From: Macrostomum lignano
Lineage: Eukaryota
Assembly: GCA_002269645.1 (NCBI GenBank)
Contig: NIVC01002412.1
Coordinates: 1 to 64,000, forward strand
Length of the DNA stretch: 64,000 nt
Direction of reading: 5' to 3'
Shown here piece after piece: positions 1-20,987 of the stretch (positions within the stretch are counted from its first letter, which is position 1; every line of letters starts with the position of its first letter). The notes under the pieces are model-generated. The model searched no databases, was not told the origin of the DNA, and saw nothing but the letters and a program-made list of their open reading frames with translations. The translations under genes and the position numbers were made by a program.

Positions 1-1094
1 CCCCTGGTATAACTATCTCTTTCCTCGTTGCCAGCTAACCCTGGAATCCCGCAGTTTTTGCCAAAATCTGCATGTTCGCACCTTATTGATATTAGGCGCT
101 GGTAGAAATTTACCTTGACTGCACAGCCGCGCCGCCCCACACCAACCCCGTCCCCACCGATTACCACCCTATTCGCTATGACAGAAGAAGAAACAGCAAA
201 TTTGAAGCAGCAAAGTGCATGTAAGCTGATTATAATAAATTTGCATTTGTAATTGTTTATCTAAGCAGTTTGCCATTGAATAAAATCATATTTTTAAACA
301 AGAGTGCATCATGTCCTTTTTGTCTAACTAGCTTACAAGTGTGTGCTGTTTAGCCCTAGTGACCATGCAGTTGTTGAAATGAATTTTATGAATATATTTA
401 GCAATTTATGAGCCTTTTAAGCAAGCTATAAGTGCGGCTTCTTTATCTTACGTCCATAGGTGTCCAACGTAATTAGTAGCTTTTGCGAAAGATTCCTCAG
501 TTCACAGTTAATTTGATTGAAATGCAACGCTCTTTCACACTTCTATAGCTCTTATACGTGACACTCTGCCGCGCAAGTCAAGCGCATAGCGCAGTGGTTC
601 GTTCAGATTGACTGACAGCTGTCAGACTTTCAGCTTGTCGAAGTGTGCAACACTGGCTTAAATCATAAAAGTTTCATAGTGAGAAGCATATCTACGTCAT
701 AAACGAACTTTACTGTGGATTCTCTGTGAAGCAGTTTCTGAGTTTGCTATGTTAGAGAACAGGTGAAGCAATTTCTAACTCCTAACTTTTCTAACTTATG
801 ACGAAAGCGACCTGTGTATATAGATTTGGTGTTTATCGCGGCGACACTTCGCTGAAATGCTAGACTAAAACTAAGCGTTATTGCAACCATTCGGCGTCCC
901 CATCTCCCTCCCCTCCAGGATGTGTATCCCTTTCAATGGAATTCCTCAACGATCAATTTCCCATTCGCCTTTATCTTAGGTATCTTTCGTATCTCCGCTA
1001 TCCATTATCCCATCCACCTTATCCCGATCCACTTATCTTAGATCTCCCATCCCTAATCTATTGTCCCCGTTCGTATCTGCATTTTTGTGTCCCG

Positions 1095-4000
1095 TTCTAT
1101 CTGTCCCATTCCCTTATCCCGTTCTCCCTATCCCCTTCCCCTTATCCTGTTCCCTTTATCCCATTCCCTTATCCCGTTCTCCCTATCCCTTCCCCTTATC
1201 CTGTTCCCTTTATCCCATTCCCTTATCCCGTTCTCCCTATCCCTTCCCCCCCATCCCGTTCCCTTTATCCCGTTCCCTTATCCGTTCCCTTATCCTTCCC
1301 TTATCCCATTCCCTTATCCATTCCTATCCGTTCCCTTATCCCGTTCCCTTATCCCATTCCCTTATCCCGTTCCCTTATCCCGTTCCCTTATCCCATTCCT
1401 TATCCCATTCCCTTATCCCATTCCCTTATCCCATTCCCTTATCCCGTTCCCTTATCCCGTTCCCTTATCCCGTTCCCTTTATCCCGTTCTCCCTATCCCG
1501 TTCCCCTTATCCCGTTCCCTTATCCCGTTCCCTTATCCCATTCCCTTATCCCATTCCCTTATCCCATTCCCTTATCCCATTCCTTATCCCGTTCCCTTAT
1601 CCCGTTCCTTATCCCATTCCCTTATCCCATTCTCTTATCCCGTTCTCTTATCCCGTTCCCTTATCCCGTTCCCTTATCCCATTCCCTTATCCCGTTCCCT
1701 TATCCCGTTCCCTTATCCCATTCCCTTATCCCATTCCTTATCCCGTTCCCTTATCCCATTCCCTTATCCCATTCCCTTATCCCATTCCCTTATCCCATTC
1801 CCTTATCCCGTTCCCTTATCCGTATCCCGTTCCCTTATCCCGTTCCCTTTATCCCGTTCTCCTATCCCGTTCCCCTTATCCCGTTCCCTTCATCCCATTC
1901 CTTATCCTGTTCTCCCTATCCCGTTCCCCTTATCCTGTTCTCCCTATCCCGTTCCCCTTATCCCGTTCCCTTTATCCCATTCCCTTATCCCGTTCCCTTA
2001 TCCCGTTCCCCTTATCCCGTTCCCTTTATCCCGTTCTCCCTATCCCATTCCCTTATCCCGTTCCCCTTATCCCGTTCCCTTTATCCCGTTCTCCCTATCC
2101 CATTCCCTTATCCCGTTCCCTTATCCCGTTCCCCTTATCCCGTTCCCTTATCCCGTTCCCTTTATCCCGTTCTCCCTATCCCATTCCCTTATCCCGTTCC
2201 CTTATCCCGTTCCCTTTATCCCGTTCTCTTTATCCCATTCCCTTATCCCGTTCCCTTATCCCGTTCCCTTTATCCCGTTCCCCTTATCCCATTCCTTATC
2301 CCGTTCCCTTATCCCGTTCTCTTTATCCCGTTCTCTTTATCCCGTTCCCTTATCCCGTTCCCTTATCCCGTTCCCTTATCCCGTTCCCCTTATCCTGTTC
2401 CCTTATCCCGTTCCCTTATCCTGTTCTCCCTATCCCGTTCCCCTTATCCTGTTCCCTTTATCCCATTCCTTATCCCGTTCCCTTTATCCCGTTCCCTTTA
2501 TCCATTCTCCCTATCCCATTCCCTTATCCCGTTCCCTTATCCCATTCCCTTATCCCGTTCCCTTTATCCCGTTCCCTTATCCCGTTCCCTTATCCCATTC
2601 CCTTATCCCATTCCCTTATCCCGTTCCCTTATCCCGTTCCCTTATCCCATTCCCTTATCCCGTTCCCTTATCCCGTTCCCTTATCCCATTCCCTTATCCC
2701 ATTCCCTTATCCCATTCCTTATCCCATTCCCTTATCCCGTTCCCTTATCCCGTTCCCTTATCCCATTCCCTTATCCCATTCTCTTATCCCGTTCTCTTAT
2801 CCCGTTCCCTTATCCCGTTCCCTTATCCCATTCCCTTATCCCGTTCCCTTATCCCGTTCCCTTATCCCATTCCCTTATCCCATTCCCTTATCCCGTTCCC
2901 TTATCCCATTCCCTTATCCCATTCCCTTATCCCATTCCCTTATCCCATTCCCTTATCCCGTTCCCTTATCCCGTTCCCTTATCCGTTCCCTTTATCCGTT
3001 CTCCCTATCCCGTTCCCCTTATCCCGTTCCCTTCATCCCATTCCCTTATCCTGTTCTCCCTATCCCGTTCCCCTTATCCTGTTCTCCCTATCCCGTTCCC
3101 CTTATCCCGTTCCCTTTATCCCATTCCCTTATCCTGTTCTCCTATCCCGTTCCCCTTATCCCGTTCCCTTTATCCCGTTCTCCCTATCCCATTCCCTTAT
3201 CCCGTTCCCTTTATCCCATTCCCTTATCCTGTTCTCCCTATCCCGTTCCCCTTATCCCGTTCCCTTTATCCCGTTCCCTTATCCCGTTCCCCTTATCCCA
3301 TTCCCTTATCCTGTTCTCCCTATCCCGTTCCCCTTATCCCGTTCCCTTATCCCGTTCCCTTTATCCCATTCCCTTATCCTGTTCTCCCTATCCCGTTCCC
3401 CTTATCCCGTTCCCTTTATCCCGTTCTCCCTATCCATTCCCTTATCCCGTTCCCTTATCCCGTTCCCCTTATCCCGTTCCCTTTATCCCGTTCCCTTATC
3501 CCGTTCCCCTTATCCCATTCCTTTATCCTGTTCTCCCTATCCCGTTACCCTTATCCCGTTCCCTTTATCCCGTTCTCCCTTCCCATTCCCTTATCCCGTT
3601 CCCTTATCCCGTTCCCCTTATCCCGTTCCCTTTATCCCGTTCTCCCTATCCCATTCCCTTATCCCGTTCCCCTTATCCCGTTCCCTTTATCCCGTTCTCC
3701 CTATCCCATTCCCTTATCCGTTCCCTTATCCCGTTCCCCTTATCCCGTTCCCTTATCCCGTTCCCTTTATCCCGTTCTCCCTATCCCATTCCCTTATCCG
3801 TTCCCTTATCCCGTTCCCTTTATCCCGTTCTCTTTATCCCATTCCTTATCCCGTTCCCTTATCCCGTTCCCTTTATCCCGTTCCCCTTATCCCATTCCCT
3901 TATCCCGTTCCCTTATCCCGTTCTCTTTATCCCGTTCTCTTTATCCCGTTCCCTTATCCCGTTCCCTTATCCCGTTCCCTTATCCCGTTCCCCTTATCCT

Positions 4001-5400
4001 GTTCCCTTATCCCGTTCCCTTATCCTGTTCTCCCTATCCCGTTCCCCTTATCCTGTTCCCTTTATCCCATTCCCTTATCCTGTTCTCCCTATCCCGTTCC
4101 CCTTATCCCGTTCCCTTTATCCCGTTCCCTTATCCCGTTCCTTTATCCCGTTCCCTTTATCCCATTCTCCCTGTCCCATTCCCTTATCCCGTTCCCTTAT
4201 CCCGTTCCCTTTATCCCGTTCTCTTTATCCCGTTCCCTTATACCGTTTCCTTTATCCCGTTCTCCCTATCCCATTCCCTTATCCCGTTCCCTTATCCCGT
4301 TCCCTTATCCCATTCCCTTATCCCATTCCCTTATCCCATTCCCTTATCCCGTTCCCCTTATCCCGTTCCCCTTATCCCGTTTCCTTATCCCGTTCCCTTA
4401 TCCCGTTCCCCTTATCCCGTTCCCTTATCCCGTTCCCTTATCCCGTTCCCTTATCCCATTCCTTATCCTGTTCTCCCTTTCCCTTATCCCGTTCCCTTAT
4501 CCCGTTCCCTTATCCCGTTCCCTTTATCCCGTTCTCCCTATCCTATTCCCTTATCCCGTTCCCTTATCCTGTTCCCTTATCCCGTTCCTTATCCCGTTCC
4601 CTTTATCCCGTTCTCCCTATCCCATTCCCTTATCCCGTTCCCTTATCCCGTTCCCTTTATCCCGTTCTCTTTATCCCATTCCCTTATCCCGTTCCCTTAT
4701 CCCGTTCCCCTTATCCCATTCCCTTATCCCGTTCCCTTATCCTGTTCCCTTTATCCCGTTCTCTTTATCCCGTTTCCTTATCCCGTTCCCTTATCCCGTT
4801 CCCTTATCCCGTTCCCCTTATCCTGTTCCCTTATCCCGTTCCCTTATCCTGTTCTCCCTATCCCGTTCCCCTTATCCCGTTCCCTTTATCCCGTTCCCTT
4901 ATCCCGTTCCCTTTATCCCGTTCCCTTTATCCCATTCTCCCTATCCCGTTCCCTTATCCCGTTCCCTTATCCCGTTCTCTTTATCCCGTTCCCCTTATCC
5001 TGTTCTCCCTATCCCGTTCCCTTATCCCGTTCCCCTTATCCCGTTCCCTTTATCCCGTTCCCTTATCCCGTTCCCCTTATCCCGTTCCCCTTATCCCGTT
5101 CTCCCTATCCCGTTCCCTTATCCCGTTCCCTTATCCCGTTCCCTTATCCCGTTCCCTTATCCCGTTTTCTTTATCCCGTTCCCTTATCCCGTTCCCTTAT
5201 CCCGTTCCCCATATCCTGCTCCCCTTATCCCGTTATTCCGTTCTCCATATCCCAGATCCCCTTACCCCGTTCCCCATATCTCCGTTCCCCCTTATCCGTG
5301 ATCCCCTTATCCCGTTCCCCTTATCCCGTTTCCCTTATCCCGTTCCCCTTATCCCCGATCCCCTTATCCCGTTCCCCTTATCCTTGTTCCCCTTATCCCT
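1095..5400. repeat. ~4.3 kb minisatellite, 12-14 bp unit CCCTTATCCC(G/A)TT; minus strand GGGATAAGGGAAC
   Basis: Direct tandem repetition. The three 1400-1489 aa ORFs arise because the C/T-rich strand contains no stop triplets. Confidence 0.97.
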
Positions 5401-5698
5401 GATCCCCTTTATCCCATTCCTCTTATCCTATTTCTTTTATTCCATTCTTCCTATCCCATTCCTTTTACCCCAATCCTTCCATCCCTCATCATTTAATATC
5501 CGATCCACCTACACACGATTCTTTATCTGATCCTCTCCCATCCTTGATGTTTCCATAACCTATCTATCCATTCTCAATCCATCCATACACCAATCCTAAA
5601 ATGGATAGTTATATCAAAGTTCGGGAAGTTCGGCAACATATTAGGACTCATGAAGGTAAATAGGAATGGCGGGTCAAGCATGCACAGTTGATCTAAAC

Positions 5699-6055
5699 CA
5701 AGGGCGTCGCCACCGGGGGGACAAGGGGGACATGCTAATGTTTGTCCCCCCACCCCACCTTTGGACCCGTTGTGGAAATCAATAATTTTTCTTCAGGGTG
5801 CCAAAATATAGTGTCTTCGGCGCCAAAATAAGTGCCTGTGGCGCTAAAATGAGTGCCTGCGGTGCCAAAATGAGTTCCTGCTGCGCTAAAATAAGTGCCT
5901 GCGGCGTTCAAATGAGTGCCTGAAGCGCCAAAATGGGCGCTGAAAACACTGATTCTTAAAAAATTGACATGTAGGAATTTAGTCATGTACACGACTTATG
6001 TACAATTCTTGGCTTTGCCCCCTCCCCCACCATAAAATCCATGGCGACGCTCCTG
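5699..6055. mobile_element. hAT-like MITE, copy 1 (same family as 24986-25286)
   Basis: Termini CAAGGGCGTCGCCA...TGGCGACGCTCCTG. The body is the reverse complement of the 25 kb copy. Flanks ATCTAAAC/ATGTAAGT match 5/8, so the TSD is degraded. Confidence 0.75.
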
Positions 6056-6404
6056 ATGTAAGTTGAATGGATCGGCGAAGGGATGTGCAAAAATAGATTG
6101 GTGATCAGACGATCCAGAATGATGCATCAAAGATAGAGTAGAACAGGTCTGATCATTATTTACAGACATTTTTCATTTTTAGTATATAGAAGACCAAGCA
6201 TTCTGCGCCCTCCCGTGAGGCAACAAAGCAAGGAATAATTTTTGAATAAGCTTCTTACCTAGAGGGTCACTTGTTAATTTCTTAAAGAACATGATGTTTA
6301 AAGCAAAAAATCGTCCGCCCTGAAAGCCATCCTAAGATGTCAAATCGACAAATTCCATGAGTTTTGGCTCAAAGCATCGAGAAACCCCATGAGCAATTTT
6401 AGCT

Positions 6405-7835
6405 ATTCCCCATGAGTCTTTTCCTCTCAACAATTCCCCCATGAGTCTTTTCCTCTCAACAATTCCCCCATCAGTCTTTACATCTCAACAATTCCCCCAT
6501 GAGTCTTTATGCATCTCAACAATTCCCCCATCAGTCTTTATGCATCTCAACAATTCCCCATGAGTCTTTATGCATCTCAACAATTCCCCATCAGTCTTTA
6601 TGCATCTCAACAATTCCCCTGTCAGTCTTTATGCATCTCAACAATTCCCCCATGAGTCTTTATGCATCTCAACAATTCCCCCATCAGTCTTTATGCATCT
6701 CAACAATTCCCCCATCAGTCTTTACATCTCAACAATTCCCCCATGAGTCTTTATGCATCTCAACAATTCCCCCATCAGTCTTTTCCTCTCAACAATTCCC
6801 CCATGAGTCTTTTCCTCTCAACAATTCCCCCATGAGTCTTTTCCTCTCAACAATTCCCCCATGAGTCTTTACATCTCAACAATTCCCCCATGAGTCTTTA
6901 TGCATCTCAACAATTCCCCCATCAGTCTTTATGCATCTCAACAATTCCCCCATGAGTCTTTATGCATCTCAACAATTCCCCCATGAGTCTTTATGCATCT
7001 CAACAATTCCCCCATCAGTCTTTTCCTCTCAACAATTCCCCCATGAGTCTTTTCCTCTCAACAATTCCCCCATCAGTCTTTATGCATCTCAACAATTCCC
7101 CCATCAGTCTTTACATCTCAACAATTCCCCCATGAGTCTTTATGCATCTCAACAATTCCCCCATCAGTCTTTATGCATCTCAACAATTCCCCTGTCAGTC
7201 TTTATGCATCTCAACAATTCCCCCATGAGTCTTTATGCATCTCAACAATTCCCCCATCAGTCTTTATGCATCTCAACAATTCCCCCATCAGTCTTTACAT
7301 CTCAACAATTCCCCCATGAGTCTTTATGCATCTCAACAATTCCCCCATCAGTCTTTTCCTCTCAACAATTCCCCCATGAGTCTTTATGCATCTCAACAAT
7401 TCCCCCATGAGTCTTTTCCTCTCAACAATTCCCCCATGAGTCTTTACATCTCAACAATTCCCCCATGAGTCTTTATGCATCTCAACAATTCCCCCATCAG
7501 TCTTTATGCATCTCAACAATTCCCCCATGAGTCTTTATGCATCTCAACAATTCCCCCATCAGTCTTTATGCATCTCAACAATTCCCCCATGAGTCTTTAT
7601 GCATCTCAACAATTCCCCCATGAGTCTTTATGCATCTCAACAATTCCCCATCAGTCTTTATGCATCTCAACAATTCCCCCATCAGTCTTTACATCTCAAC
7701 AATTCCCCCATGAGTCTTTATGCATCTCAACAATTCCCCCATCAGTCTTTATGCATCTCAACAATTCCCTGTCAGTCTTTATGCATCTCAACAATTCCAC
7801 CATGAGTCTTTTCATCTCAACAATTCCCCCCGAGT
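6405..7835. repeat. ~31 bp minisatellite ATGAGTCTTTATGCATCTCAACAATTCCCCC
   Basis: Direct tandem repetition with 29-31 bp variants. A short CCCTAA-like tract follows at ~7930-7950. Confidence 0.95.
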
Positions 7836-8168
7836 CACAGAATTCCAGAAATTCCCCCTATGAGCCTTGACATCGTAGCAGTTCCAACATGAGTGTCTTA
7901 TGGTTGACAGGGTGGTTTTTATGGTTGAACCCTAACCCTAAACCCTAACCACTAGTTTGTTATTTCTGTGACGGAGCTATAGTTGTTACCTATGTGACGA
8001 ATTGTGCTACGTGGACTTAAGTGACAGGTGACAAATCGTAATTTAACATAAACAACTGCATCAGCAAATCATTAAAATTCACTATACAGACCGGTTGTCG
8101 CTGCAAAAAGCAGTAGCTAGGTAAGTTTTTTTCACTAGATTTCTCGCCCTCTGAACTTTTGCATTGTA

Positions 8169-9486
8169 CGAGGGGTGATCAAAAAGTTCTGCAACCTTTT
8201 GTTATAGCTTTTAGTTATAGAATCAGAAAAGCCAAAAACTTACACATATGCGGCTATATCTGTTTGCTATATTTATATGCATTTTTGGCTTCCAAATGTG
8301 CTCCAGTAAAATTTCACAGCCATATATTTTCCATGTGTTTTCAGTAGCTGATGGAAACATCAAAAGACAGTGTTCGCTTCTATATCTTTATGTGCATGCA
8401 ACTTGGTTGCAAAGTGACAGAGATTCACACCATGTTTTGTGAATGTTTTAGCTGACTCTGCTCCATCATTTGACACAGTTGCCTGCTGGCTGCGCCATTT
8501 CTTGGAAGGCTGGGACAGCTTCAACGATGAACCAAGGTCTGGCCGACCCCGGACATCCGTGACCGAAGATGTCGTGGCCCATGCCGATGCAATAATTCAT
8601 GAGGATTGGAGCTTTTTGCTAAGATTCATTGCCTATGAGCTTGGTGTCAGCTATGGAAGTGCTCATAACATCATGCATGAGCAACTAGGCCGCACAAAGA
8701 CCTGCGCTCGGTGGGTACCCCATCTTCTCACTCCGGAGCAGCAAGCAGAGAGGGTGCGCATCTGTCGCTTGTGGCTGCAAATGTTTGAGCCCCACGGCCC
8801 ACGACAACTGTCAGATGTCATCACAGGAGACAAATGTTGTATCTCCTTCTTTACCATGAGGGATAAGCAGTCCAACATGGTCTGGCTGGCAGAAGATGAG
8901 CCAAGGCCTGAGGTGCTGAAGACCGGATTCCGCAGTCGGAAGCGGATGTTCACCATTTTTTTCAACTCTCAGGGTGTTGTATCGGTGAACATCCTTCCAG
9001 CGGGTGCCACAGTGACTGCCAGGTACTACACAGACACTGTTCTGCCAGGCGTGCTGCAGGAGCGGCAGGAACGTGCGCGAACCAGGCATGGACCTCGACT
9101 CCTGCTGCACCATGACAATGCGGCACCGCACAGAGCGGCATCAACCATGGCGTACCTGGAGCAGCAGGGGGTCCGGCTGCTGCCCCATCCACCCTACTCT
9201 CTAGACCTAGCACCTTCCGACTTTTGGCTGTTCCCGAGGATCAAATCCGTCGTTTCTGGGAGGCCGTTTTCACGCATGCAAGACCTTGCCCAAGCGGTAC
9301 ATTCAGCTCTACAGGGTATACCAACTTTGGAGTACCATGACTGCTTTCAGACATGGTGCACACGGATGCGACGGTGCATAGATAGTGGTGGAAAGTACTT
9401 TAAGGGAATGTGACACTGATTAGACGCCTCGGCTGCTGCAGCACAGAGTTGTGAGGTCACTTGCAGAACTTTTTGATCACCCCTCG
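8169..9486 (+). mobile_element. Full-length mariner (DD34D) transposon with frameshifted transposase
   Basis: Perfect TIRs CGAGGGGTGATCAAAAAGTTCTGCAA and TA TSD at 8167-68 and 9487-88. Motifs WVPHLL, TGD, HHDNAAPH and YSLDLAPSDFWLF. The ATG at 8351 (METSKDSVRFYIF...) is one nt out of frame with ORF 8439-9413 at the T-run 8435-38. Confidence 0.96.
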
Positions 9487-9771
9487 TAAATTGAGAAAGT
9501 AGCTACATACGTTGTGTTTTCTTACTCTTTTACACGAGCTACTTTACTAGCTTTTTTAATAAAACCGAAAACTTCCTATCTCGCTAATGCATTTTGCTGC
9601 TGAAAACCGGAAATCAGTAGCTAGCGTCCTTCTGTTGTATAGTTGGCAAAATTACCTAATGCACTAAGTTAACTGCTGTAAATGTAAATGCACTAATGCA
9701 AAGGTACCAACTGCAAGACCGATCAGCAAGATGCAGACGCTCGTTCAGCCACCGAACTGCAACCGACACTG

Positions 9772-11517
9772 ATGAAATTCGGTCGCTTCCACGCCGCCAT
9801 CTGCGGCCTGGGCTTTCTCACGATGGTTTACGCCACGCTGATCACCCTCAGCGGCATGTTTCTCAACCTGCTGCCCTACAACTGCAGCGACGGCGTCAAC
9901 GGCTCTTTCCTAGAAGCCGACCAAATTGACAACGATGAGTTCCTGTCGTCCATCAGCCAGCAGTACGGCCTGTGCCAGAGGCAGACCGGTGACCTTACTA
10001 ACGTGGCCTTCTTCGCCGGCACCATTGTGGGCTCCCTGTTAGGTGGCCCGGCCTCTGACGCAATCGGCCGAGCTCGCTGCTCTCTGATTGGCCAAGCGTT
10101 GCTAGTCTTAGCCAGCTTAGCTAGCAATTACGCGCCAAATTTGGCGCTACATTTGGCGGCTCGCTGCGTGGCCGGATGCTGCCTGATGCCGGCCCAGTGC
10201 GCCATGCAAGTCTACGGCTGCGAGCTGCACTCGTGAGTAGCGCAACTTATAAGCGCAAATCTAGCGCGTTCCTACTGTGCTACTGACGACAGTAGTGTAG
10301 ATAATGTTTCAACCGGAGCCCTCGTCACTCTTGGATCGCCCAGCAGTCCTGTTTACAACACCTGCATGGCTGCAGTCCCGTGTTTGTAGCATCTGGTACA
10401 TTTCGGGTGCCACCTCTGGATGAATCGAACCTCGAGGCCTCAGAAATGTCCCACACTAGCCCTGATTCTCACCCCGAGCTCTGAACCCTTTATCGAATTC
10501 CAGTGACTCCCACCGCAGCCGTTTTATCGCCGCCTGGAGCACCGGAATCTCCGTGGGCACCCTGGCGGCCGGCGGCTTGGCCTGGGCCACTCGCCACCAT
10601 CAGCTCTATGTTCTGTTCAGCTGCTGCACAGCCGCGCCCTCCCTGCTACTGCTGGGCGTCTGTCTGCCCGAGAGTCCCGTCTGGCTCGCCGCCCGAGGTC
10701 GCCACGCCGCCGCTGAGGCCGCCCTGCGTCGCATCGCCTTGATCAACGGTGAGACCGTCCCTTCGCGGACAGCAGCATCAGCCGCTATCGAGGCTGTCGT
10801 TGCTGCCCCGCTGTAGCTTCAGACGAAACCGAAACGGACGAACACAAAGATGAGCAAAGCAGCGAAAACAGCAGCAAAAAAGCTGGCTTGGTAACAAGGA
10901 TTCGCCGAGTGGCTTGCGCGCTGCTTCGACCGCTGAGCATCCTGGGCCTGCACGGCCTCTGTCTGGGTCTCAACTGCGTCGGATTCTACTTCGTGCTCAG
11001 CCGAATCATCCCCAACGTGTGCCTGTACGCGGCAGTGCTCGGCGCCACCCAGCTGCCTTACGCATTTGTGCTCAACATCATTCCCAGACGGAGAGGTCTC
11101 ATCGCCTGCGGCCTGCTCTCCGCGCTGGCTTGCCTCGCTTTCGGCGGCGTTGCTCACTTCTTACCCGACTGGTCGATTCTTCTGGCCGGCCTGGGCGTCG
11201 TTGGCTGCTTCTGCAGTTCGGCCGCCTTCAGCCTGTTGGTGGCGCTGAGCTCCGAGTTCTTCCCCACTGAGCTGCGCAGCACCGGACTCGGGCTGTGCGT
11301 TTTCAGCTTGCGCTCCGGGTCAGCGTTGGCTCCGCTGGTCGGCTTCTTATCTGGCGGAGTCCCTGTGCAGTCGCTGGCGCTGGCCTGCCCGCTGTTGCTT
11401 AGCAACCTGGTGCTGGGTCTGGCGCTGGCCTCACAGCATCGCGCCAAGCTTCGGCGGCTGCGGCAGCAGAGACTAGATCAACCGCTGCGGCCACTTGCGG
11501 CGGAGGCTTTGGACTGA
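9772..11517 (+). CDS. SLC22-like organic cation/anion MFS transporter; model join(9772..10232,10504..10748,10823..11517), 5' end possibly further upstream
   Basis: Motifs FGRFH, GPASDAIGR, PESPVWL, IALING and SEFFPTELRSTGLG, with many hydrophobic TM segments. The GTGAGT/CAG intron 10233-10503 keeps the frame. The second junction needs either a 74-nt intron or a 1-nt indel. Confidence 0.85.
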
Positions 11518-13179
11518 AGTGACCTCTAGGGATTTTGATTTCAGACTGCTATACCATGCCGATGGTACATGCCAGACTGGCCTGCCAGCCTCATCATTTC
11601 TGCAGTTACCTAATCATGTGTAACATTGCAATGTCATGCAGTCATGTATGTTCTAATAGTGTACATTATTGTGTCCACTATTTTAGACAAATAACTTTAC
11701 ACATGCAATTAGAACTTGGTTTCTTAAATTATTTTTATCAGCTTGTCTTGGCGCAGATTTGCATTCAAAAATGAATAATTACTAAAGAAACAATACTATG
11801 GAATTCGGAATGGTCGAGATTTGGCCTTAGAAACACGTACAAAAAATTAAATTCCATTAAATATTGCAATGAAGATATTACATTATACTTTTATATACGT
11901 GATTTAAAGTTGAATTTATTTAAATTTATAAGTTTGTTGAGGCTCAGTGGTTACACATCAAGCATGTGCAGTTAAAGCAAGAAACATTTGAAGAAATCTC
12001 CTCGATAATTTGCTAATTGTTTCAAAACAATATTCTCACCAAATTTGACTCATCAGATTTAAATTCAGAAAAAATCTAAAATTCAGAAAAATCACAGAAG
12101 TTTATGAATTTTTAGAAAACAAGCAATCCAGCTTGCAAATATTTATGATTAAAATAACTTTAAAAAGTGGGAACCCACTAGATTAGTACAGTGTACAGTG
12201 GCTAATGATGAGTAAAATAATTAATTTGGCGGAAATTCAAAACAACTATTTAAGGAATTAAAATAAAATCCTAAATAGTAGCTATAATTTTTTAAATATA
12301 AATTTCAACAGTAAATCGATGAACTGTGTCTGCATGCAATGAAACACAAAAACTTCGCCTTGTGAGAGAACTTAGGCGGCGCAAGCATGTTGACGAAGCA
12401 AATTTAAAATTACTAAATAGTTAAACAATTATTTGGAAACATCGGTATGACGTAACATGTAAAAGACAAACACAAAAGAAAAAGTATTAATTCCAAAGCT
12501 GAAATTTTAAATGTACATTCTTAAACCTTGTTAAATGTGCAATTTTTTTAGATCTCTAGCCACCTCACTCCCCATGCCTTCTCCATCCATCGTAATAATC
12601 TATTTGGCTGCCACTGAGTGATGTGATGGACTACTGCTTCATTTTATGTCTATGACAAAACCTTCGTTAACTATGCAAAGTGATGAACCCATGGAGGAAA
12701 GAATATATTACTCCATGGGTTCACGCATCGTGAACCCCAAGCCCACAGAAAGACACTCTTTACCTCGCGATTTGGAACTCGCGGTTCACGATAGCGGCTA
12801 TATGCCCCCATTACCTTATATTATATGATCACCTGCCAGCCTGCCTTACAATTGTCTCCCGCCACCACTGAGTCTATTCACACAGAAAATCAGTAGCGGA
12901 TTTAGGTGGGAGGGCTCAGAGGGCGCCCGCCCCATCGATTTGGATATTTTTCTATGGGTAAAACATGTACACTATGGTATTTATAGAATAAATAAGTATT
13001 CAAAAAGCAAAAGTGCCTTAGTATAATTTGCAGCCACGCACCGTTCAAATTTTCCTGGATCCGCGCGCGCCTGAAGCCAATAAAGCTGGGTACAGTACTC
13101 GTAATGAAAGAGAGAGCATAAAGTGAGTTGAGTCTGCTTTTGTTTTAAATGTTCGCTACTATTAGTAGGCAGATGCAAC

Positions 13180-20987
<7,808 letters not shown>

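Noticed and set aside
936-5530. Three 1400-1489 aa ORFs
   Set aside because: All three frames are open only because the satellite strand lacks stop codons; the unit length is not a constant multiple of 3.
12891-13073. Possible small hAT MITE (CAGTAGCGGATT...GGATCCGCGCGCGCCTG)
   Set aside because: Termini are only loosely complementary and there is no TSD.
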